Shown here in pieces: positions 1 through 13,090 of a stretch of 64,000 nt of DNA; position 1 is the stretch's first letter; each line of letters starts with the position of its first letter. A program made the translations under genes and the position numbers. The notes under the pieces are model-generated. The model had not been told where the DNA came from and made no database searches. It saw only the letters and a list, made by a program, of their open reading frames with translations. Source of the DNA: Octopus sinensis (Eukaryota); the NCBI RefSeq assembly GCF_006345805.1, contig NC_043026.1:13557579-13621578 (forward strand), read 5' to 3'.

Positions 1-284
1 TTCTTTGTAAGCCCAGTACTTATTCTATCGGTCTCTTTTTGCCGAACCGCTAAGTGACGGGGACGTAAACACACCAGCATCGGTTGTCAAGCGATGTTGG
101 GGGGGACAAACACAGACACATAAACATATACACACACATACATACATATATATGACAGGCTTCTTTCAGTTTCCGTCTACCAAATCCACTCACAAGGCTT
201 GCCCATGATGCCATGCAGTGGGACTGAACCCGGAACCATGTGGTTGGTAAGCAAGCTACTTACCACACAGCCACTCCTACGCCT
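1..284 (-). mobile_element. tRNA-derived SINE family A (partial)
   Basis: Reverse complement of ggagtggctgtgtggtaagtagc..gggttcagtccc..ttgggcaagt head with an internal (TA)/(TG) tract; about 20 copies in the window. Confidence 0.8.
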
Positions 285-416
285 ACACATAAGTACACAC
301 ACATACAAACACACCTTATGCAGCTATATGATTTCAAACAGTCATGTTGGTTGCAGGTTCAATCCGACTGAGCGACACCTCGGGCAAGTGTCTTCTCCTA
401 TAGCACCAAGTTCAAG

Positions 417-814
417 AATTATGTTAAAAACTGCTGTTCAAACCGAAAAGATCCATATCTTACAAACTATAGAATTTTCTCAATAAAGCCAAGAGTAAAA
501 GATGTTTTATAAACACATTCTACCAGTATACGAAGTTTAAAAGTGTTTAGTTACCTAGAAATTATGTTAAAAACTGCTGTTCAAACCGAAAAGATCCATA
601 TCTTACAAACTATAGAATTTTCTCAACAAAGCCAAGAGTAAAAGATGTTTTATAAACACATTCTACCAGTATACGAAGTTTAAAAGTGTTTAGTTACCTA
701 GAAATTATGTTAAAAACTGCTGTTCAAACCGAAAAGATCCATATCTTACAAACTATAGAATTTTCTCAACAAAGCCAAGAGTAAAAGATGTTTTATAAAC
801 ACATTCTACCAGTA
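417..814 (+). repeat. Tandem array (143-bp unit, about 2.8 copies) built from the end of the GGATC-terminus MITE
   Basis: atgttaaaaactgctgttcaaaccgaaaagatcc recurs at 421, 564 and 707. Confidence 0.9.
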
Positions 815-1696
815 AGCGAATTTGGGAGGCAGGAAACATGCGGGGCCCCGCTTCCACATACACATTCATCCTACCCTTTTTGTTTTTACTTCTTTTTTTT
901 TGAGTACTAAGTTTGCCAGATGTGTAAACGTTAACGTGTAATTTTACTCATATATTATATATATATGTATGTATGTATGCATATGTATGTACACACACAT
1001 ATTACACAGCAGTCTTAGAAAATTACGTGTTGCAAATATATATTTTTGTATTTCAAACATAAGTATACACACACATACACACATATATTGCTGGGGCATC
1101 GCCTTTTCAATTTTAGTCGATCGAATCGACCCCAGTAACTTTCTTTAAACCTAATATTAATTCTATCGTTCTCCTTTGCTGTACCACTAATTTACAGGGA
1201 GGTAAACACACCAACACCGGTTGTCAAGCTGTGGGTGGTGTGACAGACAGACAGACTCACATATATATGTATTTCTTTACTGCCCACAAGGGGCTAAACA
1301 TAGAAGGGACAAACAAGGACAGACAAAGGGATTAAGTCGATTACATCGACCCCAATAGGAAACTAGTATACACACACACACACACACATAACGGACTTCA
1401 ATCGGTCCGAGGGTATAGTAAAAAGACACCTGCACAAGATGTCATGCAGTAGGACTGAACTCGGAACTATGTAGCTGGAAAGAAAACTTCTTACCACACA
1501 GCCACGCCTCAGCCATCCATTTACAGAGATCAGAACAGTAAAGTCAGAACAAGGTTCCCGAAAAATATTGATATCGAGCGCAGACACTCCCTCAGTCTTT
1601 CTGCTGTTGATGTTGTCGTCGGGTCCACTATTTTGATACACACAGACACACATAGTGAAGGGGAAAACCTCTAGAAATATCAGCTAAATCTCCCTT

Positions 1697-2060
1697 TACC
1701 AACCACATGGTTCTGGGTTCAGTCCCACTGCGTGGCACCTTGGGCAAGTGTCTTCTACTATAGCCTCGGGCCGACCAAAGCCTTGTGAGTGGATTTGGTA
1801 GACGGAAACTGAAAGAAGCCCGTCGTATACATGTATATATATGTATGTGTGTGTGTGTTTGTCCCCCTAGCATTGCTTGAAAACCGATGCTGGTGTGTTT
1901 ATGTCCCCGTTGCTTAGAGGTTCGGCAAAAGAGACCGATAGAATAAGTACTGGGCTTACAAAAAAAGAATAAGTCCCGGGGTGTCGAGTTGCTCGATTAA
2001 AAAGGCGATGCTCCAGCATGGCCGCAGTCAAATGACTGAAACAAATAAAAGAGTAAAGAG
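1697..2060 (+). mobile_element. SINE family A
   Basis: Head, body and ..gactgaaacaa..aaagagtaaagag tail. Confidence 0.8.
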
Positions 2061-2514
2061 AATAAATACCATTTTGAAATGAGAAGAAAAAAAAAAAAGA
2101 GGCAGAAATACAAAACATGATGCGGAGGGCACGGATGGACTGAACTGGACTGCTGCTAATGTTGCAGGTGATATGGCATGTCATCACGATCAGGACGGCC
2201 TTGGGGGGTCGAACTACTACTACCCCCACCACCACCACCACCACCTCCACTACTATTACTTGTTCTTTCATACGGGTACCTCACCCACTTCTAACCCCTT
2301 ATAATTACTGAATTATAATTACTTCCCATCAAAACACACCAGCGTATATAACAGACACATACATAAACACACACACACACACACACACACACGTGCTTTA
2401 TCTTTTACTGTGCTGCAGTTCTTTGCCTGCGGCCGTGCTGGGGCACCGACTACAAAAAAGTTTTAATTGAATGAATCGACCCAGTAATTATTATTATTAT
2501 TAGTATAATATAAA

Positions 2515-2920
2515 GGCGGCGAGCTGGCAGAACCGTTAGCACGCCGGGCGCAATTCTTAGCGGTATTTCGTCTGTCGCAACGTTGTGAGTTCAAATTCCG
2601 TCGAGGTCCACTTTGCCTTTCATCCTTTCGGGGTCGATAAATTAAGTACCAGTTACGAACTGGGGTCGATATAATCGACTTAATCCGTTTGTCTGTCCTC
2701 TCTGTGTTTAGCCCCTTGTGGGTAGTAAAGAAATAGGTATTTCGTCTGTCGCAACGTTCTGAGTTCAAATTCCGCCAAGGTCCACTTTGCCTTTCATCCT
2801 TTCAGGGGTCGATAAATTAAGTACCAGTTACGGACTGAGGTCGATATAATCGACTTAATCCGTTTGTCTGTCCTTGTTTGTCCTCTCTGTGTTTAGCCCC
2901 TTGTGGGTAGTAAAGAAATA
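2515..2920 (+). mobile_element. tRNA-derived SINE family B with duplicated body
   Basis: A-box-like tggcagaaccg and B-box-like gagttcaaatt; gcctttcatcctttcggggtcgataaattaagtacc domain (resembles the MetaSINE core, from memory); tail ccccttgtgggtagtaaagaaata twice. Confidence 0.75.
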
Positions 2921-3455
2921 TATTATTATCATTATTATTATTATCATTTTGAAAACTTGGTACTTATTCTTTCGGCTTCTCTTTCCGAACGACTAAGTTA
3001 CAGGGAGATAAACAAAGCAACACCGATTGTCAAGCGAAGATGAAGAACAAACAAAGGCACACATGTATACCATGTATTCGTGCGTGCATGTATACATATA
3101 CACAAACATGTATGTGTATTTGTATACTATATAGACGTATGTGTGTATGAACATACACGTCTCTACCCACATACGTACGTACACTAACACGCCATGGCCA
3201 GATTAGTTCACAGGGAACCTACAATAAGTCGCTAGACAGGCTTGAAATAGCTTCCAAATTTCCTCCGAACGTTGAAGGTAGCTTGCAGCATGGCTGTTGC
3301 AAGTTTAAACAAAAGGACAACCCCTAACCTGGTTTAAAAACAAGGGATAGTAAGTGATAGATTTAGCAAAAATAATCTTAAAAGGATTTTCAATTCGCCT
3401 GGAAATAAGGTGGGATGGTCGTATTTTGGGGTGTTTATGTGATGCTTCGGCATGC

Positions 3456-4790
3456 TAGAAATTGCAGCTAAATCTCCCTCAAATCACACTGTCTTATAGA
3501 CGTATATGTATGTCAGGGCGAGAGCTGTACATGGTAGCTAGATATGTTAGAAATAGCAGCCAAATCCCCCTCAAATTACACCCTACTGTACAATGTACGA
3601 GTGATTGTATATATGAGTCAACGAGGGAGCGAGGCCTGTTAGAAATAGCGACCAAATCTCCCTCAAATCACACTGTCTTATAGATGTATAGATATGTCAA
3701 GGCGAGAGCTGTACACGGTAGCTAGATATGGTAGAAATAGCAGTCAAATCCCCCTTAAATTACACCCTACTGTACAATGTATGAGTGATTGTATGTATGA
3801 GTCAACGAGGGAGACCTCTTTATGGGAGAGAGGCCTGTTAGAAATAGCGACCAAATCTCCCTCAAATCACACCGAACTGTCTAATGTATGGGTATGTGTA
3901 TGAGACAGCAAAAGATGTCACGACATGGTAGAAATAGCAGCCAAACCTCCCCCAAATCACACTGTCTTATAGACGTATAGATATGTCAAGGCGAGAGCTG
4001 TACATGGTAGCTAGATATGGTAGAAATAGCAGCCAAATCCCCCTCAAATTACACCCTACTGTACAATGTACGAGTGATTGTATGTATGAGTCAACGAGGG
4101 AGACCTCTTTATGGGAGCGAGGCCTGCTAGAAATAGCGACCAAATCTCCCTCAAATCACACCGAACTGTCTAATGTATGGGTATGTGTATGAGACAGCAA
4201 AAGATGTCACGACACGGTAGAAATACAAGCCAAACCTCCCTCAAATCACACTGTTCTGTTATATGTATGTCAATATAAGTGTCAACGCGGAAAAAAACTC
4301 TGCATAGTAGCTACAAATGTCAGAAATAGAAGCGAAATCACTCTCAAATGACAGCCTTATGTTATATGTACACACACACACACACACACACGTTAATATG
4401 CGTGTGTCAAGGAGGAAACCTCTACATGGTAATTAGAGCTGGTAGAAATAGCGATTTTATCTCCCTCAAATCACGTCCTATTCTAAGAATGCGACACGTT
4501 AGAGATGCAGTCCTAGGTTCCCTAGATATAGAACAAAACCGGGATGGTCACGGCTGGCTGTTTGGAAGATCCTTTGATCTTGGGGTTAGATCGAACAGGG
4601 TCTAAGCAACACAACGTTAAAGCTGCTAGTAATAGCAGCCAGTTTCCCCGTAAATCACGCCGTACGGCTGGCTGTTTGGAAGATCCTTTGATCTTGGGGT
4701 TAGATCGAACAGGGCCTAAGCAACACAACGTTAGAGCTGCTAGAAATAGCAGCCAGTTTTCCCGCAAATCACGCCGTGTCGTGTTAAAAG
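3456..4790 (+). repeat. Higher-order tandem array of a ~33-bp motif with longer spacers
   Basis: About 13 copies of tagaaatagc..ccaaatc.ccctcaaat.acac; 289-bp higher-order unit (3694 to 3983); a 119-bp doublet near 4550-4790. Confidence 0.85.
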
Positions 4791-6036
4791 AACAGAGAAA
4801 GAAGCCCCCAAAACGTATATACACTTCGGATAAAGTAGTTCTAGATACATTAATGTCACACACAAAAAAAAAATGTAAAAGACAAGATGGTTGATGGCTA
4901 GAATGCCTTTGAACAGAGAGGCATGCTCGTTAGGGTCGACCAGGGGTTAAACGAGCACCTTGCTGGTTGTAATGTCCAACGAGGCTCTGTGTCACAGAAG
5001 GCAACATGCTAAGCTATGTTACACCACACCACAACAGGTCCGTCAGATGACACCACACCACACAGACACTGCAATCCACCACTAACAAAACAACACTAGA
5101 ACCACACCTTTTCACACACCAAACCGACAACCATTTCTCTATCAAACAGAAACAAACATATAACCACAGTCGAATGGCCGACAGTGTGAGAGGTGAGGAG
5201 AGAGAGAGAGAAGCAACAAATAGAGAGAGGGGGATGGAGGATGGAGAGAGAGATAGATAGGGTAAGAGAGAAGATAGAGGCGGCGGAGTGTAGAGGACTA
5301 GATAGTTAGAGATGAAATTAGGGAGGGGGAAAGGGGAGTAGGTTAAGTCGGATGAGAAATTATAATAGGAATAAGGAAAGAGAAAGAGTTGGAGAGAGAG
5401 AGAGAGAGAGAGAGGGGATGGGGGAAAGATACATCAACAAGAGAGAGAGAGATTGTAGATAGATAGATATATCAACAAGAGAAAGATAGGATGTAGATAG
5501 ATACATGGACGAGAGAGAGAGAGAGAGAGAGAGAGTTGTAAAGACAGGTCAGAGAGAGAGAGAGAACATAAAGGTAAATGGTAATATAGATAGGTAGACA
5601 GAGAAAGAGAGAGGGGGGAATATAAGAGAGATTAAGGGAAAGGTGAAAGAAAGTGATGAGAGAGAAGGCAAGGGGAGTGAAAGAAGCAAAGACAAGAGAG
5701 AGAAAGACGAAATGCGATAGAGACAAACATGAAAGAGAGGGGGAAGGGGAGTGGATTCGGCCATGTTGTGCAGAGAGATGAGGCGGCATTTGTTAATGGA
5801 TGGATGTGTAGAAAACAGGGTGTGTGTATTGTATATATATATATATGTGTGTGAATATGGGCATATATATGTCATGTATGCACACATATATATATATATA
5901 TATGTGTGTGTGTTTGTCAATATATATGTAACAGATTTATGAGTATATATATATATATATCTAATATATATATATATATACACACATACAAGAGATAATT
6001 ATATACAGTAGACGTGTAGCTATATATACACACACC

Positions 6037-6071
<35 letters not shown>

Positions 6072-6979
6072 GTTATCATCTATAATTATATTCATATATA
6101 TAGATGAATATAATTAACGTGTATATATTACTGCATAATGCGTGTATATCTATCTATCTATATATATGTGTGTCCTGTACGTATATATATTTATATATGC
6201 ATGTATATATACATGTAGATGTCGGTACGTACATATACGTTTGTATGTATGCATATATTTTATTTATTACACTATATATATATATATATATTATACCGTA
6301 CACGCACATCCATAATTATATTCACAAATATACACATAAACATAATATATACACACGTTCACATACACAAACCATATATACGTGTGTGAGTGTATATATA
6401 GACAGCATATATATATATACATATATGTATGAGTGTATATATTTATAGCAAAGGAAACGTCTCCACCCTGATATAACTGCAATTAGACAAGCATGTCATT
6501 TTTCATTCATACATACACACACACACACACACATCATATATATACATATATATATACACATATATACGTACGAATACAGAGACATCATACACACACAAGC
6601 ACCTATTCCCGTGGTTTACGCACACATACGTTCTCGTATAATTTATACATATATACTAATATAGTGATATTTCTTTTAACACATTGTATATACACAACCA
6701 GTCATATACACAATCACACTCATAGTCATATATACAAGTACATACACAATTTATGTATCATCAATGTATATCATGTATATATATATATATATATATATTA
6801 TACACACACAATCGAACGTTACACGTAGGTTATATATATATTTTTTCTCTCCTACACACTTTCATTTACAACATACATGCACATAATTATAGAATATTAT
6901 TACTATAAATTTGGCGATCTTGTACATACATATACACACACGTTATATATAACATAATTATACAGCAATGGGTAGATAT

Positions 6980-7880
6980 ACATATATATCTATACTATAT
7001 ACACATACATGTTACATATACATACATATATATCTATACTGTATACACATACATGTTATATATACATACATATATATATATCTATACTGTATACACATAC
7101 ATGTTATATATACATACATATAATATATATCTATACTGTATACACATACATGTTATATATACATACATATATATATATATCTATACTGTATACACATACA
7201 TGTTATATATACATACATATATATATCTATACTATATACACATACATGTTATATATACATACATAAATATATGTATACTATATACACACATATATATATA
7301 TATCTATACTATATACACACATAATATATATATATATATATATATACTATATATCTATACTATATACACACACACATATATATATATACTATATACATGT
7401 TATATATACATACATATATATATCTATACTATATACACATACATGTTATATATAGATACATATATCTATACTATATACACATACATTATATATATACATA
7501 TATATCTATACTATATACATACATTATATATATACATATATATCTATACTATATACACATACATTATATATATACATATATATCTATACTATATACACAT
7601 ACATTATATATATACATATATATCTATACTATATACACATACATTATATATATACATATATATCTATACTATATACACATACATATATATATATACATAT
7701 ATATCTATACTATATACACATACATATATATATATACATATATATCTATACTATATACACATATATATCTATACTATATACACATACATACATATATATA
7801 TATATATATCTATACTACATAGACATACATACTATATATATATCTATACTATATAGACATACATATTATATATATATACA
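6980..7880. repeat. AT-rich minisatellite (tatctatactatatacacatacat..)
   Basis: Many tandem ~30-46 bp variants. Confidence 0.9.
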
Positions 7881-8173
7881 TATATACACATACCCGGTCA
7901 TACATACACACAGAGACTATCTGAATCGGGTGTGTCACACTGAAAAAAATATGCTCTATGAAGGGCGATTGCTGGACATGAAGAAGATGAGGCAAAGAGG
8001 GGTGTGCTAGCATCCCGACCGACCGACCGATCGACATAGGACCAATTAACGGGGTGGACAGAGAGAGAGGGGCCCCATTTCAATACGGCAGAGGCGAAGG
8101 ACAGGGATATCAATCGTGTAGGCAAAAAAGAAAGTGGAAAAGAGAATACAGCAGAGACGGGTTCGAATCTTAC

Positions 8174-8196
8174 CTGAGCAGCACATCATCCTCCAT
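8174..8196 (-). other. Candidate small first coding exon (MEDDVLL-) of an unidentified minus-strand gene
   Basis: aaccATGG Kozak context and AG|gtaaga donor in a unique CpG-containing island; no homology recognised. Confidence 0.3.
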
Positions 8197-8499
8197 GGTT
8201 TAAAACCGACTAAGTGCGTGAATGATGTGTGTGTGTGTATGTTTGTATATATATATATATATATATCGCTCTCTCTCTCTCTCTCTCTGTATATATATAT
8301 GTGTATGTATATAGGAGAGTGCGTGCGTGTACGTGTGTATGTAGTAATAGTAGTGGCTACAACAACAACAAGTTGTTTTAAGAGAGGTGAGTGCGACGGG
8401 GGGAGGCGAAGCACTTGTGGGAAGCGCTAAGGGCGCATCTCCATGGAAACTCGGAAGATTTATGCTAATATCTCAGCTCAGCAACTGGTTTTTGTGATT

Positions 8500-9485
8500 A
8501 TAAGAGAGAGAGGGTGGAGGATGAGGAGGAGTGGGGAAAGAAAAAGAGGGAGACAAAGAGAGAGAGACAGAGAGGGGGGAAAGAAAAGCGGGAGACAAAG
8601 AGACACAGAGGGGGAAAGAAAAGAGGGAGACAAAGAGAGACACAGAGGGGGGAAAGAAAAGAGAGAGACAGAGAGGGAGGGGAAAGAAAAATTAGTGTGA
8701 GGGGAAGATGTGTCGAAGTGGGGAGGGGGGGGATATTTTGGAAAAGAGGAAAAGGGAGACTAAAAGAAAGAGGGGAGAGGGGGAGGTAAAAAAACAAATG
8801 TGAAGGAAGGTAAGAGAAAGGGGGAGGAGTTGGAAAGGGAGAAAAGAAAAGAATGGACGGAGAAGGGAGGGAAAGGTGAAGAATGAATGAGAGGGAAAAA
8901 AAAAGAAAGCATGCGGAAGGGTGGGGGTGGGGGAGACAAGCTGACAGCGATGGAGAGAGAAGAGAGAAGAGGTAGTGGTGTATGTTATAATGAGAGGGTG
9001 AAGGGTGTAAAAAATTAGAAAGGTATAGTAGACAGTGGGAGGAGTAGATGGAGGAGAGCTTAAGGAGAACGACAGATAGAGTAATGTAGAGAAGAGATGT
9101 AGAAAGATAGAGAGTTATTAAAGAGAAGGGTCAGACGCGGGGAGAGAGAAGTGTGGATGAAATTAAAAGGACAAATAGTGAGGAGGAGATAGAGGAGATT
9201 GATAGAGTAAAAGATGGATGGAGAAGAAGCAAAATAATATAGGAGAAAAAGAGAGGAAAAGAGTGGTGGGGGAAGAAAGGAAGATGTTAAGAATGAGAGG
9301 AGGAGGATGAGTTAAGGCTTAAAATTTGGTAGTAACATAGTAGTATAGAGAGGAAGGGGAAAAAATGAATGAATTAGAGAGAGAGAGAGAGAGAGCGTAG
9401 TAAAAGAGCATATAAGGAAGACGTTTTGAGAGGAAGCTGGTAGACAACGGGAGAAGGTGGACGGGGAAAAGGAAGAGGAGAAACC

Positions 9486-9521
<36 letters not shown>

Positions 9522-10091
9522 TGGTAAGATTATAAGGAAGAGGGGAAACCTAGAAAGAGAGAGATGGTAAGATTATAAGGGAGAGAGAAAGAGAGAGATG
9601 GTAAGATTATAAGGAAGAGAGAGAAAGAGAGAGATGGTAAGATTATAAGGAAGAGAGAGATGGTAAGATTATAAGGGAGAGAGAGAAAGAGAGAGATGGT
9701 AAGATTATAAGGAAGAGAGAGAGAGAGAGAGAAAAAGAGAGATGGTAAGATTATAAGGGAGCGAGAAAGAGAGAGATAAGATTATAAGGAAGAGGGAAAC
9801 CTAGAGAGAGAGAAAGAGAGATGGTAAGATTATAAGGAAGAGTGAAAAAGAGCAAATATGAGAGAGTAGGAGTGACACACACAAATATATATGTGTGTAT
9901 GTGTGTGTGAAATGTTAGCGCATTAGCGCACCGGGTAAAATTCTTAGCGGCATTTTTTTACGGTTCTTTACGTTCAGAGTTCAAATGTCGCTAAGGTTAA
10001 CCTTTTGCTTTTTTCATCCTTTTGGGGGGTCGGTAAAATAAAGTTCTAGTCTAGCACACAAGTTGCATGCATGCATATATATAGAGAAAGG

Positions 10092-10132
<41 letters not shown>

Positions 10133-10921
10133 AATAAAGAGAGCAAGTGGGAGGAAGTGATATATAGAAAAAAATAAAAGGGAAGAGAGATAGAAAGAGA
10201 GATGGAAAGAAAGAGGAAAAGAGATGAAGAAGAATGAAAGAAGGGGAGGTAGGAAAATGAGAGAGAGGGTGAAAAAAAATCACCCAGAAAAAGAGAGATA
10301 CAGAGATACCGAGAGAGAGGGTGTACGAGGGAGAGTAGGCGGAGTAGAGAGAGAGGAAAAGACCCGGGAAGTATAAAGAGTGAAGAGAGTAAGGAGAGGT
10401 AAATATGAGCAACAAATGAAGGGAGGGGGATAAGAGATGTAGAGAAGATTAGGAGAGAGTGGTAAGTGGGGAAAGCACGAGGACAGGGAGGAAGGGGAGT
10501 GAGGGAAATAATGGGGAGAAGGAAGGGGGAGTAATGGGAGAAGGAAGGGGAGGAGGAGAGGAGGCAAGAAGACGGTGTTTCTGTCTCTGTTGCTGATGTC
10601 TTTTGCTGACATGCAGAGAAAAGAGCAGAGATGAAACAGAATGAAGAGTGAAACAGGCTTCAGAGAAACACGGAGAAGGAATTAGATAGATAGTAAAGAG
10701 TGGGAAAGAGAGGAGAGGTGTGCGTGCGTGAGAGAGAGAGAGAGACAGAGAGAGACAGAGGGAGAGAGAGAGAAATGTGAAGTGAAGGAGAGATAAGGAG
10801 TAAAGAAAAAGAGTGAGGGAAAGAGAGAAAAACAAATATAGGGGGAATTACACACACACACACACATATACACCGAGAGAGAGAGAGAGAGAGATGGATA
10901 GGCAGACAGGTACATAGATAT

Positions 10922-10977
<56 letters not shown>

Positions 10978-11160
10978 GCAGATAGACAGAGAGACAGGTA
11001 CATAGATAGAGAGAGAGATGGAGAGGCAGATAGACAGGTACATAGATAGAGAGAGAGAGATGGAGAGATAGATAGATAGATAGATAGAGAGAGAGACAGG
11101 TACATAGCTAGAGAGAGAGATGGAGAGGCAGATAGACAGGTACATAGATAGATAGAGAGA
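8500..11160 (+). repeat. Purine-rich (GA) low-complexity tract with embedded minisatellites and (GATA)n
   Basis: Strong A/G strand bias; ggtaagattataagg in 9 copies at 9521-9840. Confidence 0.9.
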
Positions 11161-11486
11161 GAGATAGTTCGTTATTTCCCTCCAATTTTTAAGTGCTTAC
11201 CCCCCACCTCATGCCTCTTTAATTAATCTTTCTTCTTCGACCTATCTCTTCATTAATTCATTAAGTCGGTCTTTCTTTCTCCGTGACCTTCTTCTTCTTC
11301 AAGTCATACTGACTTCTGTCTGTCTGTATGTCATCCTGTTCCACAGGTTGTGTTTTGTTTTGTTTTGTTTTTTTTTTATGCAGTTCTAAGTTTTGGCATG
11401 ACTGTGTGGGAGTGGTCCATGTGATAGTCTGCGAAGTATGTGCAATTTATATACACATGTAGAAAATTGTGTGTGAATGTATCGTA

Positions 11487-11534
<48 letters not shown>

Positions 11535-12117
11535 CATCATCATCGTTTAACGTCCGTTTTCCATGCTAGCATGGGTTGGACAGTTCGACCGGGGTCTGGG
11601 AAGCCAGAAGGCTGCGCCAGGCTCCAGCCTGATCTGGCAGTGTTTCTACAGCTGGATGCCCTTCCTAATGCCATCCACTCCACGAGTGTAGTAGGTGCTT
11701 TATATGTGCTAGCATGGGTTGGACGGTTCGACCGGGGTCTGGGAAGCCAGGAGGCTGCACCAGATTCCAGCCTGATCTGGCAGTGTTTCTACAGCTGGAT
11801 GCCCTTCCTAACACCAACCACTCCCTGAGTGTAGTAGGTGCTTTTTATGTGCCACCGGCACAGGTATCACAACTACAATTTCCATTTCATTTTTTGATGT
11901 TGATGTACTTGACTCAATAAGTCTCCTCAAGCACAGCAGGTCGCCCATATCATCATCATCATCATCATCATCATTTAACGTCCGCTTTCCATGCTAGCAT
12001 GGGTTGGACGGTTCAACTGGGGTCTGGGGAGCCCGAAAGCTGCACCAGTCCAGTCAGATCTGGCAGTGTTTCTACAGCTGGATGCCCTTCCTAACGCCAA
12101 CCACTCCGAGAGTGTAG
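11535..12117 (-). mobile_element. Retroposon family C copies with (GAT)n tail (RTE-type 3' end)
   Basis: (cat)n cgtttaacgtccg..ggatgcccttcctaacgccaaccactcc; also at 12625-12765, 13170-13570, 59758-60045 and 62055-62390. Confidence 0.7.
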
Positions 12118-12174
12118 TATATATATATATATATATTATATATATATATTGTATAAAAAGACCCAGTATACTCA

Positions 12175-12376
12175 TTTCTCTCTCTTCTTTACTCGTTTAC
12201 TTGTTTCAGTCATTTGACTGTGGCCATGCTAGAGCACTGCCTTTAGTCGAGCAAATCGACCCCGGGACTTATTCTCTGTAAGACTAGTACTTATTCTATT
12301 GATCTCTTTTGCTGAGTTATGGGGACGTAAACACACCAGCATCGGTTGTCAAGCGATGTGGGGGGTACAAACACAA

Positions 12377-12446
<70 letters not shown>

Positions 12447-12620
12447 GACGGGCTTCGTTCAGTTTCTGTCTACCAAATCCACTCACAAAGCTTTGGTCGG
12501 CCCGAGGTTACAGTAGAAGACACTTGCCCAAGGTGCCACTCAGTGGGACTGAGACCGGAGTGGGATTGAACCCATGTGGTTGGGAAGCAAGCTACTTACC
12601 CCACAACCACTCCTCTGCAA
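12175..12620 (-). mobile_element. SINE family A
   Basis: Full tail-to-head match in reverse complement. Confidence 0.8.
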
Positions 12621-12787
12621 CGTTATTGATATTAGGAAGGGCATCTGTCATAAGAAAACATTCTGAAACAGACAAAAGAGCTTCATGCAGTCTCCTGTCA
12701 AACTGTCCAACCCATACCAGCATGGAAAACAGACATTAAATGATGATGATGATGATGATGATGTGTGTGGTGTATAAATATGTATAT

Positions 12788-13090
12788 ATATATATATATA
12801 TATATACACATGGTCTGATTAATAAGTATCCTGACTGTTGCTATAGTAACGAAGCTAAAGGATGGAGAGTGAAGCTGCTTGACACAGACTGACTTGAACA
12901 CTGCTGTGCATGTGCACTAAGTTTTAATGTTCTTGCTTACTTCCGCTGCTTACAGCAGTGCTTGGAAGGAAGGTGTGTAGTGTGTGATTGTTGCACTGAC
13001 AATGAGAGAGAAAGTTGAGCAGAGAATCTGCATCAAATTTTGCCGAACACTTGGCAATACCTGCTCAGAGACCTACACAGAGTTTTCTAA
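12788..13090 (+). pseudogene. mariner transposon 5' fragment
   Basis: MREKVEQRICIKFCRTLGNTCSETY resembles a mariner transposase N-terminal HTH; truncated. Confidence 0.75.

Noticed and set aside
3456-4790. CRISPR array
   Set aside because: Eukaryotic context, spacers repeat in blocks, the repeat is a dispersed genomic motif, and there are no cas genes.
4946-4997. Second minus-strand exon continuing MEDDVLLR (ASLDITTSK)
   Set aside because: Weak donor (gtgctc) and no recognisable homology.
7053-7856. 267-aa ORF (also 26037-26816, 29268-29846, 10660-11145)
   Set aside because: Translations of AT/GATA microsatellites.
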